From the NCBI GenBank assembly GCA_051362555.1, contig CM120643.1:1054001-1118000 (forward strand): a stretch of 64,000 nt of DNA, written 5' to 3'. This document shows positions 13,161-24,614 of the stretch, piece after piece (the stretch's first letter is position 1; every line of letters starts with the position of its first letter). The position numbers and the translations under genes were made by a program. The DNA is from Lingula anatina (Eukaryota; Animalia; Brachiopoda). Below the pieces are notes generated by a model. That model saw only the letters and a list, made by a program, of their open reading frames with translations. It was not told the origin of the DNA and did no database searches.

Positions 13161-14067
13161 CAAAGGTTTTTTACTTTTAATGTTAAATTTCTCAATGAAA
13201 AGAATGGCGGACCCAATCCAAACTGCTAGAAATTCATGTGAAGAGAGCTCACAGACAATTGAAATCGTGCGCCAGTACTTTTGCTTTTCATTGTACATAA
13301 TGTATACATGTCTAAAACTAAGAATCAAAAATAATTATTATTAAAGACAAGTCGAAAATTGTCCTCTTATCGTAAGTTTGTGGACAAGATAATTGTAGGC
13401 GGTCCGCTAACGGTAGGAAGAACAAATTTAGCTGAATGATCGTCATTTATGATCCAACTACCAATGAACATTTTTGCTCATACAACTACATTATGTGAAG
13501 TTCTTACTCCATAAACATCTAACAACAAGACAGCATGAGCCTTTTATAAAAAAACAGACACAGTAGTTGAGGATGATTGTAAATAGAGGTTTTGCGTTTG
13601 CAACTAGATTAAACCATGAGAAATTACAGCTATGTGAAGATTAGAAACAGGCAGCAAAAACGGAACACCTCTATTTTGGTAAGTACTAACCCAGACACCT
13701 GACACACATTTCGTTTGAAAAAGAAAACATTATAAGCACAACATGAAATACGCCTCTTACTTCTTTATATTTGGTGCTGGAACCGTGTTCCAAAGTTTGT
13801 AAATTTACGGTTTTATTTGCCATATACTAAATACAAGTGGTGATTATCAATAACAGTAAAGAACTCCAGTCTATGTACGGCGGAAACCAAAATAAAAAAA
13901 AATTAAACGAGAAAAAAATTAAACGAGAAAAAAATGTAGGTTGAGAAAAATGAACATGTGATCAAATTTAAGTTACTTGAGTCTCAATAGAAACATCATG
14001 GTAACAGAAGGCGAGGGTGGCTACTACATAGCAAGTGTACCTGTATGTCCACTTCCACTGCCTTAAT

Positions 14068-16867
14068 TCACTCTGGATAGTACAGCCCTGGCCAGAAATA
14101 CAATGATTTCCTCAATGTTAGCGTCGATATACTTGATATCTGTCGGCAACCATCTCGAGTTGGCATCTTGGAGACACTGTCGTTCACCTTGTTGATAAAC
14201 AATAACCAGTTGACATAGCAACATCAACCACTTTCTTTGAAATGTGTGATTTTAAATTACATTTTGCTACTTTTCATAATTAACGTAATCGTCCAGTGTA
14301 AAGGGGGCTTAACTGAGATATTAGTTTACGCCCCCTGTGGGCGGCGTCCTATCTGCGTTCCATAATACGGGCCCGATTGAGAGTAGAAAAATAATAATAC
14401 CCAGTGTAAAGGAGGTTTAACTGCGCTGATCACATCAGTGCATTTATCTATTCGGCTTTCGTGGGGCCGCAGAAGAACATGTATGTAAAACGTATGAAAA
14501 GATCTGTCTAATATTTGTAACTGGCGCATCCCAAAATAATCATCTGTCTCTATAATGTACGAAATCCTCCTATGCCGGTGTGACAGAAATGGTAGTCCTG
14601 GGAATGGAACTCCGGGCTCCGATACTGTTAGTACCAGTAAAGAATAGGGTTATTCGAAGTGTTGTGGAACGAAATTCACCGGTGCAAAGCAATGGAAAAC
14701 GGACTACGGACGCAAGCGGACCACCGCTCCTGCCACACTTAGCTACTGGGAGTGATATTTGAGGGGACAACATTAACCATTTGTCTTTAGTTTTGTTTCA
14801 AAGAGAACTGTTGTAATACGTGATTACCTGTGTCAATATATCAAGTAGATGGGTGTCACATGCTTTTTCCGAGAGCTCTTTAACCAGACACTGAATGAAA
14901 AACGTACCATGTTCAGTAGATCGCCAAGACTTGTCACCTGAATGGTAAGCAAACCTTACTTTAATGCCGGGTGTCAAACAAGCGTCACTTTGGTCAAAAT
15001 GCAGCCAAGAAGACTATAACAGAAGATATACTTTTCGGACGCCATCTAATGATATTCACATCACACGTCCTTAATTTTTTTTCTACAAAAATGTGATGTA
15101 TCAATAGAACAAAAAGTCACTAGAAACAAAAACACTCGACAATCTTACCTCTGGTCGTTGAAGTTACTAATATCATATCAGCTTTCTCTGGATTTGAGTG
15201 AGTTTCTTGCGGTCTCGGTGGCACTTGTTTTGTATTTAGCAACGGCGCATTTTCATCCATACCTTATGCAAAATTAAGAGATGTTTTTACATAGATAAAA
15301 GGCAGGACAAAGAAGTAATGAAGCAATTCCCAAATTATACTGACAAAAATTTTTCACTTAATATTGTGCAAAAGAGAAAATTATTTACTGAAATATCTAA
15401 ACCACCGTTAGTATGACTGTTTAATAAAGCTCCATTTAATATTTTATATGATAAAAATAAAAATATATAAAAACTCCCCCCCCCAGATTTATAAAAGGTA
15501 GGATACAACATGTTTTACTATATCAATCATTATAACAATCACAATACGTTTAAACACAAAAGCATAAAAGAAAGAATCAATAAAAACCTCATATCATACT
15601 TTACACACCAAATTCAAACTTGTCTGACATGAAGAACACAATAATACATCAACCTAGATGAATAGTACTTACTGCCCTGACACGCAGATATGAAGAACAT
15701 CTTGGGTTTGCCGTTCAGTGTCGGGCACCTGGAAGCCTCAAAGTGCGCCAGAATTTGGTCATACCCTATGTGATTACCATCAGTGCCTATCACCGTGTTC
15801 TCTCCACCATGACTCAGGATCACCATGATGAAGGAAGAGTAAGCACTGTGATCAGTGCTTGACTCACGTCTGGCAAGTTGGTCAATAGCCTAAATAGCAT
15901 AATTTAAATATCTACATTTGATCATTTATGTTCATAAAACCGTTTTGTTTTATTGTATCATTAACTGACACCCCACTTCATATACCATAATGTGTGTTAA
16001 TCTTCTTCAGATGTATGTCATTATCTGATAGTTTTAACTATGTATTTTAAAAACATCGCCCAAGCAATCTAAGACATTTTGAGGCCAAACTGGAGAGTAA
16101 TTGCAACAGTTTTTTTGCCACAGTGCTTTCCCAAATTGACAAACTAAACTCAGCAATGGTTGGCATTTCCTATATAGAAACGTCATAACGTAAAGACATG
16201 GTAAAAGTGAAAAAATAAATTTAATTGAGACATTCGTGGAATTTTGTTCTATACACATGTTTAAAAATGAATACAACTTTGAATTTATTGAATTTTATTT
16301 TTGGACACTTCCGCGTGTGAAATGCATCTCTTTATATGTATTCGTACTATAGCTAGTATACAAAATACGAAAATGCGGCAGGATAACTGACAGTTTAAGA
16401 TATCAACGTACCTCAGCTGTCAGGTTGTCATGCTTCAACACCAAGTAATGTAACTGCCGAAATAAACTTTTCAAATGCTCAACATCCACCTCTGTGCCCT
16501 TCCTATCAAGTGAAAACTTATTGTCAAAGCTGACATTGTTGATGATCACAGCTCTTCCCCTCCAATCTGTGTAGTTCTTGTAGACCTGTTGATTGCCAAA
16601 AAATTTTGGGAGCATTAACTGCAATTACAAAATTTTACTGGTGTATCAAGGAGATAAGGTGTGAAACATTTAGAGGATGTTGTTATAAAACTGCAAATTT
16701 TCTAACAATAAATCTTTTATAAAGTTTGAATATAATATAACAGACTTATATATCAAAAATAAAATCTAATGAAGTGTAGCAACAAACCCGTTTAGCGTCA
16801 TATGCCTTCTTCTCGAAGAGTTCAACTGTACAAGGCCAGACCTTAACTTTCTCCTCTCTGCTTGTGC
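14068..16867 (-). CDS. Caspase domain exons (large and small subunits)
   Basis: His (SHG) and Cys (SACQG) dyad plus both S1 arginines (DRKGT, SWR). VKVWPCTVELF..VY and LYFWPG resemble caspase-2 VKPCTPEFY..AY and LYLFPG. Confidence 0.92.
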
Positions 16868-19251
16868 CTAAAAGTGCAAAATGTCTCCCACGTCCCTAAT
16901 TAATATCGATTTTATAGCGCATACTATGGTAAAATATTTGCCGGGAGCATCGCAATCCCAGTAAAATGGTTTCATTGGTTCACTGTCTGCCAACCTTGGT
17001 CAAGTTCATTGGGTCACTAGCTATGGCCTCCCGTATTTTTGTCCTGTTAATATGGTCTGGCCCCATTTGGTACCCCCCCCCCCCGATGGTTCATCGGCAG
17101 AATGCACCAGTTCCCATATTGCCCCCATGCGCATGCGCAGTCCCTTGTTAAATTCGGTGTCCAGTAAATGAAACCATGTACAAGCGTGAGACCTAGACGA
17201 AAGTTGGCTTACTATATACTGTTGTCGATTTATATTGGGATGCACGCGACAAGTACTTTTTTTACGATTGCGCCATGCGGCAGAACATAGCTTAGAGGTG
17301 ACCTAAATTCTCAAACCGTTTTGTTATATGATCACAAATTTTGAAAACGGTTAAGGGACTTTAAATAGAAAAACTTTCAAGAGTTTACTGTTAAAAATGT
17401 ATAACAGAATGTACCGTGGTGTCAAAGAAACCAGGCTCACTACTGTGTAATACAGCGTATGAGAACGACACTGTCTTGTCAGGTTTGTCAAAATTAACGT
17501 CAGGCTTGCTGGAGACTAGCAATTACTCTGATTAAATCTCAGCGAAGCGGTTTAATAGCTAGGCCCCTGCAAGACTGGCGCTTGTGGTCGGCGGGTACAC
17601 CATTAGGGTATTAGCGGCATTGCATTCAAGTGGGTCGGCCATATTTGACCCGCGGACCAATTAGTCTAAGATCGCATTCACAACGAATTGATCCATGGCT
17701 TTACAAATCCTGGAACTTAATATGGCGGACGTACATGAAAGAACAGCCGCCTAATCTTTTAATGGTCTCTCCACCTATCTCGCCTCCCCATGCGTCGTCC
17801 CTGCAGGGGTACAGTCATTAAATTTCGGCTACAATGGGACGACACATGAGGAGGCGAGTGAGAGGCTTAGAGACTATTAAAAGATGAGGCGGTTTTTCTT
17901 ACCTGCCTCCAGACTTTGAGGACTGCGTGGTTCTTTCTCCACAGCTAAAATGATTGAAATGCAAATTTATTATTGTTATCTTTTTTTTTTATTTTTTTTT
18001 GACATTTTATAGCACAGTCTGAAATTCCAATACATTATGTCCATTTCCAAACAAGAGAACTTGTTTTCTTTTTCTAAATCACTTACTTGTAAACCAAACA
18101 CGATATGGTTTCAGCTGAATCTCTTCGTCAGATTTCTCTACGCATACACGGATGGCATCTGTTTTTAGAACGGTCTCTGCTTCTATCGGCATTTTGTGCC
18201 TCTTATCGTTTGCCCTGATAAAGTAGCCAAAATGCATTCTGGGACAGTATGTCTCTTGAAGATAGGACAACTCGTCTTCCACTGTTTGTCGTGCGTTGAA
18301 GTATATGTTACTCTCAGCGTTATCTATCACTAGTTCAATGTCCTTTTCTGCAGTGAAGAGATGAAGCACAGATGTTTTGTCTTCCAGACGGAAGGAGGCG
18401 TGGTCAAAACCAACATCTGGGATGCCATTTACACAATGGTAAGGTTTATACTTCCTAAGCAGACGGATGATCAAACGATGGAATAGCCCTGGAGGAAAGA
18501 AGCCGTGAGGGAATGAAATGAATAAAGATATTTCTCGAGCCTTCTCGGGGGGGCGAAAGTTCACCAGGTCATTGGATTTCAGCATGCTAGGCACGACGAA
18601 TTTTCTCTTTCCAGACGGCAGCATTGGATTTTGAACTGATTTAGATATGTCCAACATCAGGTCAAAATGCTCCATAAGTTGAATCACTTCGTTTTTCATG
18701 TCGGTCATCTTTTCCTTCTGCAGATATACATCGAACACCTCCTCGTTCAGTTCTCCTTTTTCCAGACTTCGTTTCAAGTAATCGAGGCGATCCTTTCCAC
18801 TTTTACTAACAGGCGGGGTCATGATGGCAGAAAACAGATCTGCTAACCACTGTGGATCCAATATAACGATATTTTCCAGTCCATCCACTTTGAAGTGTAG
18901 GACGTCTCCCAGATGATGATGGTAAGGAATAAACATTTCATCTAACTCCGCGTCACGGATTCCAACTAAGCGCGCCATATCACGCAGTTCTTTAATATAT
19001 ATGATCGGCCTTTCTTCACTCTTCTTCGCCAAATCCAATTCCAACTGGAACCATCTCACTGGGTGCATTTGGCGGCCAGCTTCTCTGTCTCTGCTATAGC
19101 CACAAAGATGCTCGATCTCGCTTTTTATTTCATCAAACTCCTCAACGTCGGCCAAGTTACTTATGGCAAAACAACGGTAGACGTGTTCTGCGAGTTCCTG
19201 CTTGTCCTCCAGATAGTCCCTGAGTTGATCAAGTATCTCATCAGCGGCTTC
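14068..19251 (-). CDS. Roc(C-terminal)-COR-caspase fusion protein (caspase-2-like C14 peptidase); 5' end incomplete; 673 aa visible
   Basis: Exons 19251-18087, 17944-17903, 16867-16788, 16585-16412, 15889-15673, 15262-15149, 14937-14828, 14187-14068. All introns are GT-AG with compatible phases, giving 2022 nt with no internal stop. Roc G5-like FAISN; COR motifs HPVRWFQLE, LGDVLHF, VILDPQWL, FVVPSML, PPGLFHRLIIR. Caspase motifs GRAVIINN, RKGTEVD, ILSHG, GKPKMFFISACQG, PEKADMIL, SWR..GTFFIQ, TLRKSLYFWPG. Confidence 0.88.
16961..17180. mobile_element. Possible small MITE in an intron of the caspase gene
   Basis: Short inverted ends atggtttcatt / aatgaaaccat. Confidence 0.3.
17739..17900. repeat. 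Imperfect inverted repeat (arms ~60 bp) abutting a splice donor
   Basis: aagaacagccgcctaatcttttaatggtctct..ctcgcctccccatgcgtcgtccc vs gggacgacacatgaggaggcgag..agagactattaaaagatgaggcggtttttctt. Confidence 0.85.
18087..19251 (-). CDS. Large exon: end of Roc domain plus COR domain
   Basis: ORF 18079-19155 extended upstream to the AG acceptor at 19253-19252 (EAADEILDQLRDYL..FAISN); GTAAGT donor at 18086. Confidence 0.9.
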
Positions 19252-20937
19252 CTATAAATAACACGGTATGGGGTTTAAAATGTTCAATTTCATATAAAAT
19301 GTTAAGTTTGCCTTTGGAAAAAAAACATTATCCTTTACACTCACATTCAAGTACATTTCACTTAAAGGCATAATAACTCTTTGTATGTATATTTCACAAT
19401 AAAAACATTGTGAGTAACTCATAGAAATATAATATATTCTGTTTTACCACAAAAACAGCAGTTATAGCTATTATTCTGATATCTGAGCTTGTCTTTAGAC
19501 CACGTGACCTCCATTGATGGCTATAGACTGTTAAAATTTCTTAAGAGATTTTAACAAAAAAACAAACTTTTTAGAAAAAAAAACTGGGACTAATTTTTAA
19601 TGTAAAAATGAATTCATTAATCATTGGTAAGAATGGGAAAATTGTTGTTTACTCCAGGAAAATTCATTTTTTGGCCGAAACGAAGAGTTATTATTGCTTT
19701 AAACAAGAGGGAGGAAAGGGGTCTGCTTGTGTGTGTGAGATAATAAAATCCCAGAGAAGGAAGGAGCGAAAGACGCTTATCTCGACACCAAATCATGTCA
19801 ACCAAAAACAGTCACCTTTTTCTTGTTCTGGGTACAAGTAGGTACTTAGTTTCTAGATTTCAGTATTGGCAACTCGATCACGATTTCTGTATAACCCTTA
19901 TCAGAAATTCTGACTGTAGTCATACTAGGGGTGTGTTCGGCAACATTTTGCCTGGGGCGTTTCCATATTTGAAAGCCACATGTCTCGAACGTCACAGATC
20001 TGTCCCGCCTGGAGCTGCCTTTCCCGCCTTGAGCTGACGTCATCTCGTGCAGACGAGACAAAGACGAAAAGAGGCTGACCCGGAGATTGAATTTTGAAGT
20101 AAGAATACCTTGCAATCGAAAATCGATGCCACAACACAAGCCCCTTTCTGCTTTAAAACTAATTTTGGTGTAGCCATTGCGCAGTCCTTATAGTGGTGTT
20201 GGACATACAGTGTACATTAGTGGGTCTGAATTGGTCTTAAAGTGCAATTTTAGACTTAAACTGGTATGAAGCGATCTTAAAGATTAAGTAAGGAGTCTTA
20301 ATTTTTAAGTTTTCATTTATGATAGATCCAGATATTTTGGCTTACCTGTTAACTGTCTTTTATGTCTGTGCTCTGATGTCAAAACTTTAAAAGTATGCTG
20401 CACTAGTACTAGTATTAGACACATTTATGCGCATGTCAGTAACAGTAGACTGGGTCGTGTACGGCTTACGCCATATTAAGATTTTATGTGATTCGAACGC
20501 TACGAAGAATTCTGATTTTTAAGTTATATACATATGAACTAACCAAGACTAGGCTGACAACATTATTGAAAGCTTCTAAAAATATTCTTTGAAAAACAAA
20601 ACAAAACAAAACAAAAATCTGACTATATCTAGTGACACCGCCAAATCGACCTCTACCTATACACACTGAACACTTTTAACACCAAAAGGATGGCTGTAAA
20701 CGACACAATACATCACGTCAATACGGTGATCGCACACGCACAAGTGCATAGAGCCTATGACAACGATAGTGATGAGATAATGACATGTATTACAGCGCAC
20801 CATTCTGACACAGATAAGATGTGAAAAAGACTATAGATGAGTGAATGGACGCTTGGTCAGAAACGATTATCAGCAATCTAAAGCAGATCCGTGCCAAGGA
20901 CAACGCCGGTGGCGCCAGGAAGACGCAGAATAGCAGG

Positions 20938-21550
20938 GGTGTCTAACGCTCGGTTTTTGAAACTGCAACGGGTGGCCAAAGACCAATATTATTTCGTGAA
21001 ACACTCGTAAAACAACAAGATTACGATATCTGTTGCCTCGCCGAAACATTTTTGCAAGGGAAAGATGAATTACAAATTGATGATTATTTCTGGATTGATA
21101 AAAACCCGCACCAATCTGCTTGTTAATGCGCATAGAGGATCGGGTGGAGTTGGCTGTTTACTACGGAAAAGATTGGTATCAACCTACGACGTTAAAGTCC
21201 TTGACTGTGAGATGAAAGGAGTTGTTGTTTTCTAAAGCACAAACAGAAAAAAACAACTTTTTCTTGGGTGTATGTTACCTTCCCCCAGAGAACACGCTCC
21301 TAAAACTGACACTGAAAAGCATTTTTAAAGCTTGCAACAGATATATATGGTTACCAAAATTTGGGAAATATAATAATTTATGGTGACTTCAATGCGCCTG
21401 CAGACGAGATCGAGATAGGCTGTTGATGAAATAGAACCGCGTAAAAATTTAGATGAGCATACGAATAGCCATGGAACGCACTTTTTAAATTTACTAACAG
21501 ACATAAACATCTGCGTGCTTAATGGTAAAATAGGCGAGAATGACAAGCAT
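20938..21550 (+). mobile_element. Non-LTR retrotransposon ORF2 APE-endonuclease fragment, degenerate
   Basis: Frameshifted translation: NCNG, DICCLAETFL, RGSGGVGCLL, GVCYLPPE, GDFNA, NSHG..LNG. Confidence 0.8.
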
Positions 21551-21556
21551 ATCATA

Positions 21557-23765
21557 AGCCTCGGTCACAACCGGCCGCACGGGCTCTTACGGGCTGTTTG
21601 CGTCCAGATTTTGCGCAGAATCTCACGTCCCACACAAGTCCTTACGCAAATTCGAGCTAGCCGACAGCCCGTAAGCACGTACGGAGGATGTTGGACATGT
21701 CGAAAAGATTCTACGAATAGTCTGCGAACAGCAAGGCCGCAAGCGTAACTTGCTCCCCTCGCCCGGAGTTAGCAAGAGAGACGCGCGTAGTGCAAGACGC
21801 ACGTCGCAAGCAATGAAGAAGCAAATGCCATTTGCGTGTTGAGTAAGACACCAGCCCTCTGAACTAAAGAACAAAGTGGACAGCACATTGGGAATGCGTC
21901 GCACGTGCGTCACCCCCACGCAGTAGCTGCGAAGAGATGCACGAAGCTAGATATTCAAACAATTTTGACATATCTCAGGGAAGATAAATTTTCTCCAGAA
22001 GCTTCACTCAAAGAAAAAGGGGTAATTAGAAGAGCCAGTAACGATAACTACAAGGTAAATCATTTTCTTAAAATTCATATTAACCTTAAAGTTTTCCGTG
22101 GACTTCTATTACCAGTACAGCATGTCCACAAAACCATTGTCACTTCCAACGCACGTCGGCGGCCTAAAGACATTAGGAAGCATGCTCTAGCAAATATAAT
22201 GAGTGGATATATACTTTCAGTACGCATATTATTTGGTTTAGCAAAATGTTAATTGCTGTTTTCAATGCTTGATATGCGTTTGGAAATGTTATCTTTATTT
22301 ATGAATTATCTTTTTTTTAGCTCGAAAGAGGAGAACATTTCTAAAAAGTGCAGGATAAAAACCCAAACAAAATGTTGAAACCAATGATGAATCAGGGGGT
22401 GAAGGCACCTCTTCAATGATAACTGAAACATCATGGAGAAAAGTTATGACAAACCAGGAAGAAATAAAGGACATTGTGGCTAACATGCACTCCTCGGTCA
22501 TAGGCATGCATATTTGTGCGGGCGTATCTTCATGTGAGCAACAGTGTGTGCGCACGTGTTGTGTTAAGAAACGTTAATTACATACCATGATATATATTTA
22601 TATAATAATTGTAACACTATGATGTCTGTTAATAACAACTGTAATAATACGTAATGTTCTGTTATAGGCGGACATCTCGGGCGGGATAAAACTCTTGATA
22701 AGCTTCAGAAAAGGTACTACTGGCGTAATATGGTCGAGGATGTTAGAAAATTCATAGCCTGCTGCGCAATTTGCCAGAAGGCAACACACAAATATAAACA
22801 AAATGACCCACCTCTCCAACCAATACCTGTCACAACGCCAGAAGCCTGGAATATGGTAAGAAATATTTGTTCCTTATACCCCCTTTACACTTGACGGCGT
22901 CCTTTCTGCCACCATGAAATTTGGCATCGCTGTGGTCTTAATAAGATGGCACGATCATTGATTTTGTATCAGAATGAATGCTCAATGACCGGCCAGTTGT
23001 CGGCACGTAAAGTATTATAATTTTTTAACTCTCAAATGGGGCCGTACTGCTGGACGCAGAAAGGACGCCGTCCAGTGTAAAGGGGCCCTTACATCGTTAT
23101 TATCCATGCAGATAGCACTCACACATTTCATGCTCGAGGCTTGTTTGTCAAGAAAGCACACCAGCAGATGCTATTTTCTTATATTTATGATTTTTTTTCT
23201 AAATAAAAGTAATTTTGAATTTCATCAATATTCAAGAAAACATAGTTCGTACACTATCATTATTTTTTTTTTTCAGATTGGAATAGATTTGATTGGCCCT
23301 CTGAAGGAGACCACTAATAACACTTTGTACATCTGCACTGTGGTTTGTTACTATTCAAAGATGGCACACCTCCAGGCATTGCAATCTAAAGAGGCAACTG
23401 GTGTTGCAAATTTTTTGCTTGATTTGTTTTTGGTGTAGTTTTAAATTTGGCACATGAAACTTGCTTTAAAACATTAAATACCATACTTGAAAATCATCTG
23501 AACTTTGTATGATTTACTTACTGCCTATTAATACTACTACAAATCCAATGATTATGGGTTTTAAGTTTTTTAATGACAAAATAATTGAGAACGCCTGCCA
23601 TATGCTTATTTCTACGAGTGTATTTATACGTATACATTCATTTCATTGTTTATGAACCATAAATAAATCTTAGCGTTTTTCGTTTTAAGTTTAGGGTTCC
23701 CACAGACAATACGGTCAGACCAAGGTCGGTAGTTCAATAATAAACTAATCCAACAGATCACAGAG
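21557..23765 (+). mobile_element. Intron-containing gypsy-type integrase (Ginger/GIN-like) relic nested in the LINE
   Basis: Spliced pieces ~21938-22054, 22321-22503, 22668-22855, 23277-~23432, ~23689-23765. They translate as NMHSS..GGHLGRDKT..YYWRNM..CAICQ (HHCC), IGIDLIGPL..YYSK and IRSDQGR*F. Contains stops; 3' end truncated. Confidence 0.8.
22877..23088. mobile_element. Harbinger-type MITE in an integrase intron
   Basis: TIR cccctttacact(t/g)gacggcgtcctttctgc; flanked by TTA on both sides. Confidence 0.75.
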
Positions 23766-23769
23766 AGTG

Positions 23770-24200
23770 GATCAGATGTAAAAATTATGTAACTACGAAG
23801 GTTAAAACAAAAAAAAAAATGTGATCAAATATCTTTCGATCGAAAGTTAAAAAGCTATTCGCGTAAACACCAAAAGGATAAGCCCTGCGCTGAAAGTAAA
23901 CAGAATTATTGCGAGTTCTAGAAACAAATAGGAAAGTTGGATATAAAGAGGCGCAATACGGTACCTGGGAAGTTGTTGATGACAAGAAAATAATAACTGA
24001 TAAAAGCTAGGCAAGTGCTTACAAGATGGCAAAGAGACTACCAGAAACTCTTTAATAATGTTTCACCCGCCAGCTTCTATGAAAAATTCTTAAATTCGGT
24101 CATCGCCGCGGAAAACGATGAGGGGTTACATTTAAGGAACTCTTCCTACGAAATTCAGCTTAATGGCCCTATTAGACGAGATGAAGTATATAACGCAGGA
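23770..24200 (+). mobile_element. Continuation of LINE ORF2 (endonuclease-RT linker), degenerate
   Basis: KQIGKLDIK..VLTRWQRDYQKLFN..LNGPIRRDEVYNA resembles the pre-RT region of LINE ORF2. Confidence 0.65.
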
Positions 24201-24526
24201 ATGTGACAGAAGAATGGAAATTCGGCTTTGTTAAATGTCATTGTATCTAATTATATGACACCGTTTATTACAGGGTGAAATTTTAGTTATATCAATAAAG
24301 GCTTTTTATACCACAAAGAGAGTCTGTCTGTTACAGATATTATTTATTTTTCAATTCATATCTTAATTAATTAGCAAAATTAAATATGCTAAAAGTTGGA
24401 TTTTGTTCTTCAGGGAGGACTGTAAAGCTACCGTACTAGGGTGTAGAACAGTTTCATTAGCTATGTTATTATAATAGACTTGTGAAGATTCTTTTGTCTA
24501 TAGCTATTTATATTAGTTTGATCTTA

Positions 24527-24572
24527 CCATCCAATATTTCATCTGCTTGCAGTCAGATTTCATCAGGGAATG
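24527..24572 (-). ncRNA. Minimal type-I hammerhead ribozyme in the Penelope 3' region
   Basis: Minus strand: cattcc-CTGATGA-a-atctg(actgcaag)cagat-GAAA-tatt-ggatgg. It shows the conserved core, stem II, a palindromic AATATT stem III and stem I. Confidence 0.8.
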
Positions 24573-24614
24573 AGGTTGTGACAGGTATGACAACCTGTTA
24601 CCCCCTCTGGTGTG

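Noticed and set aside
22598-22819. 73-aa ORF with a signal-peptide-like start
   Set aside because: Antisense to the integrase HHCC exon.
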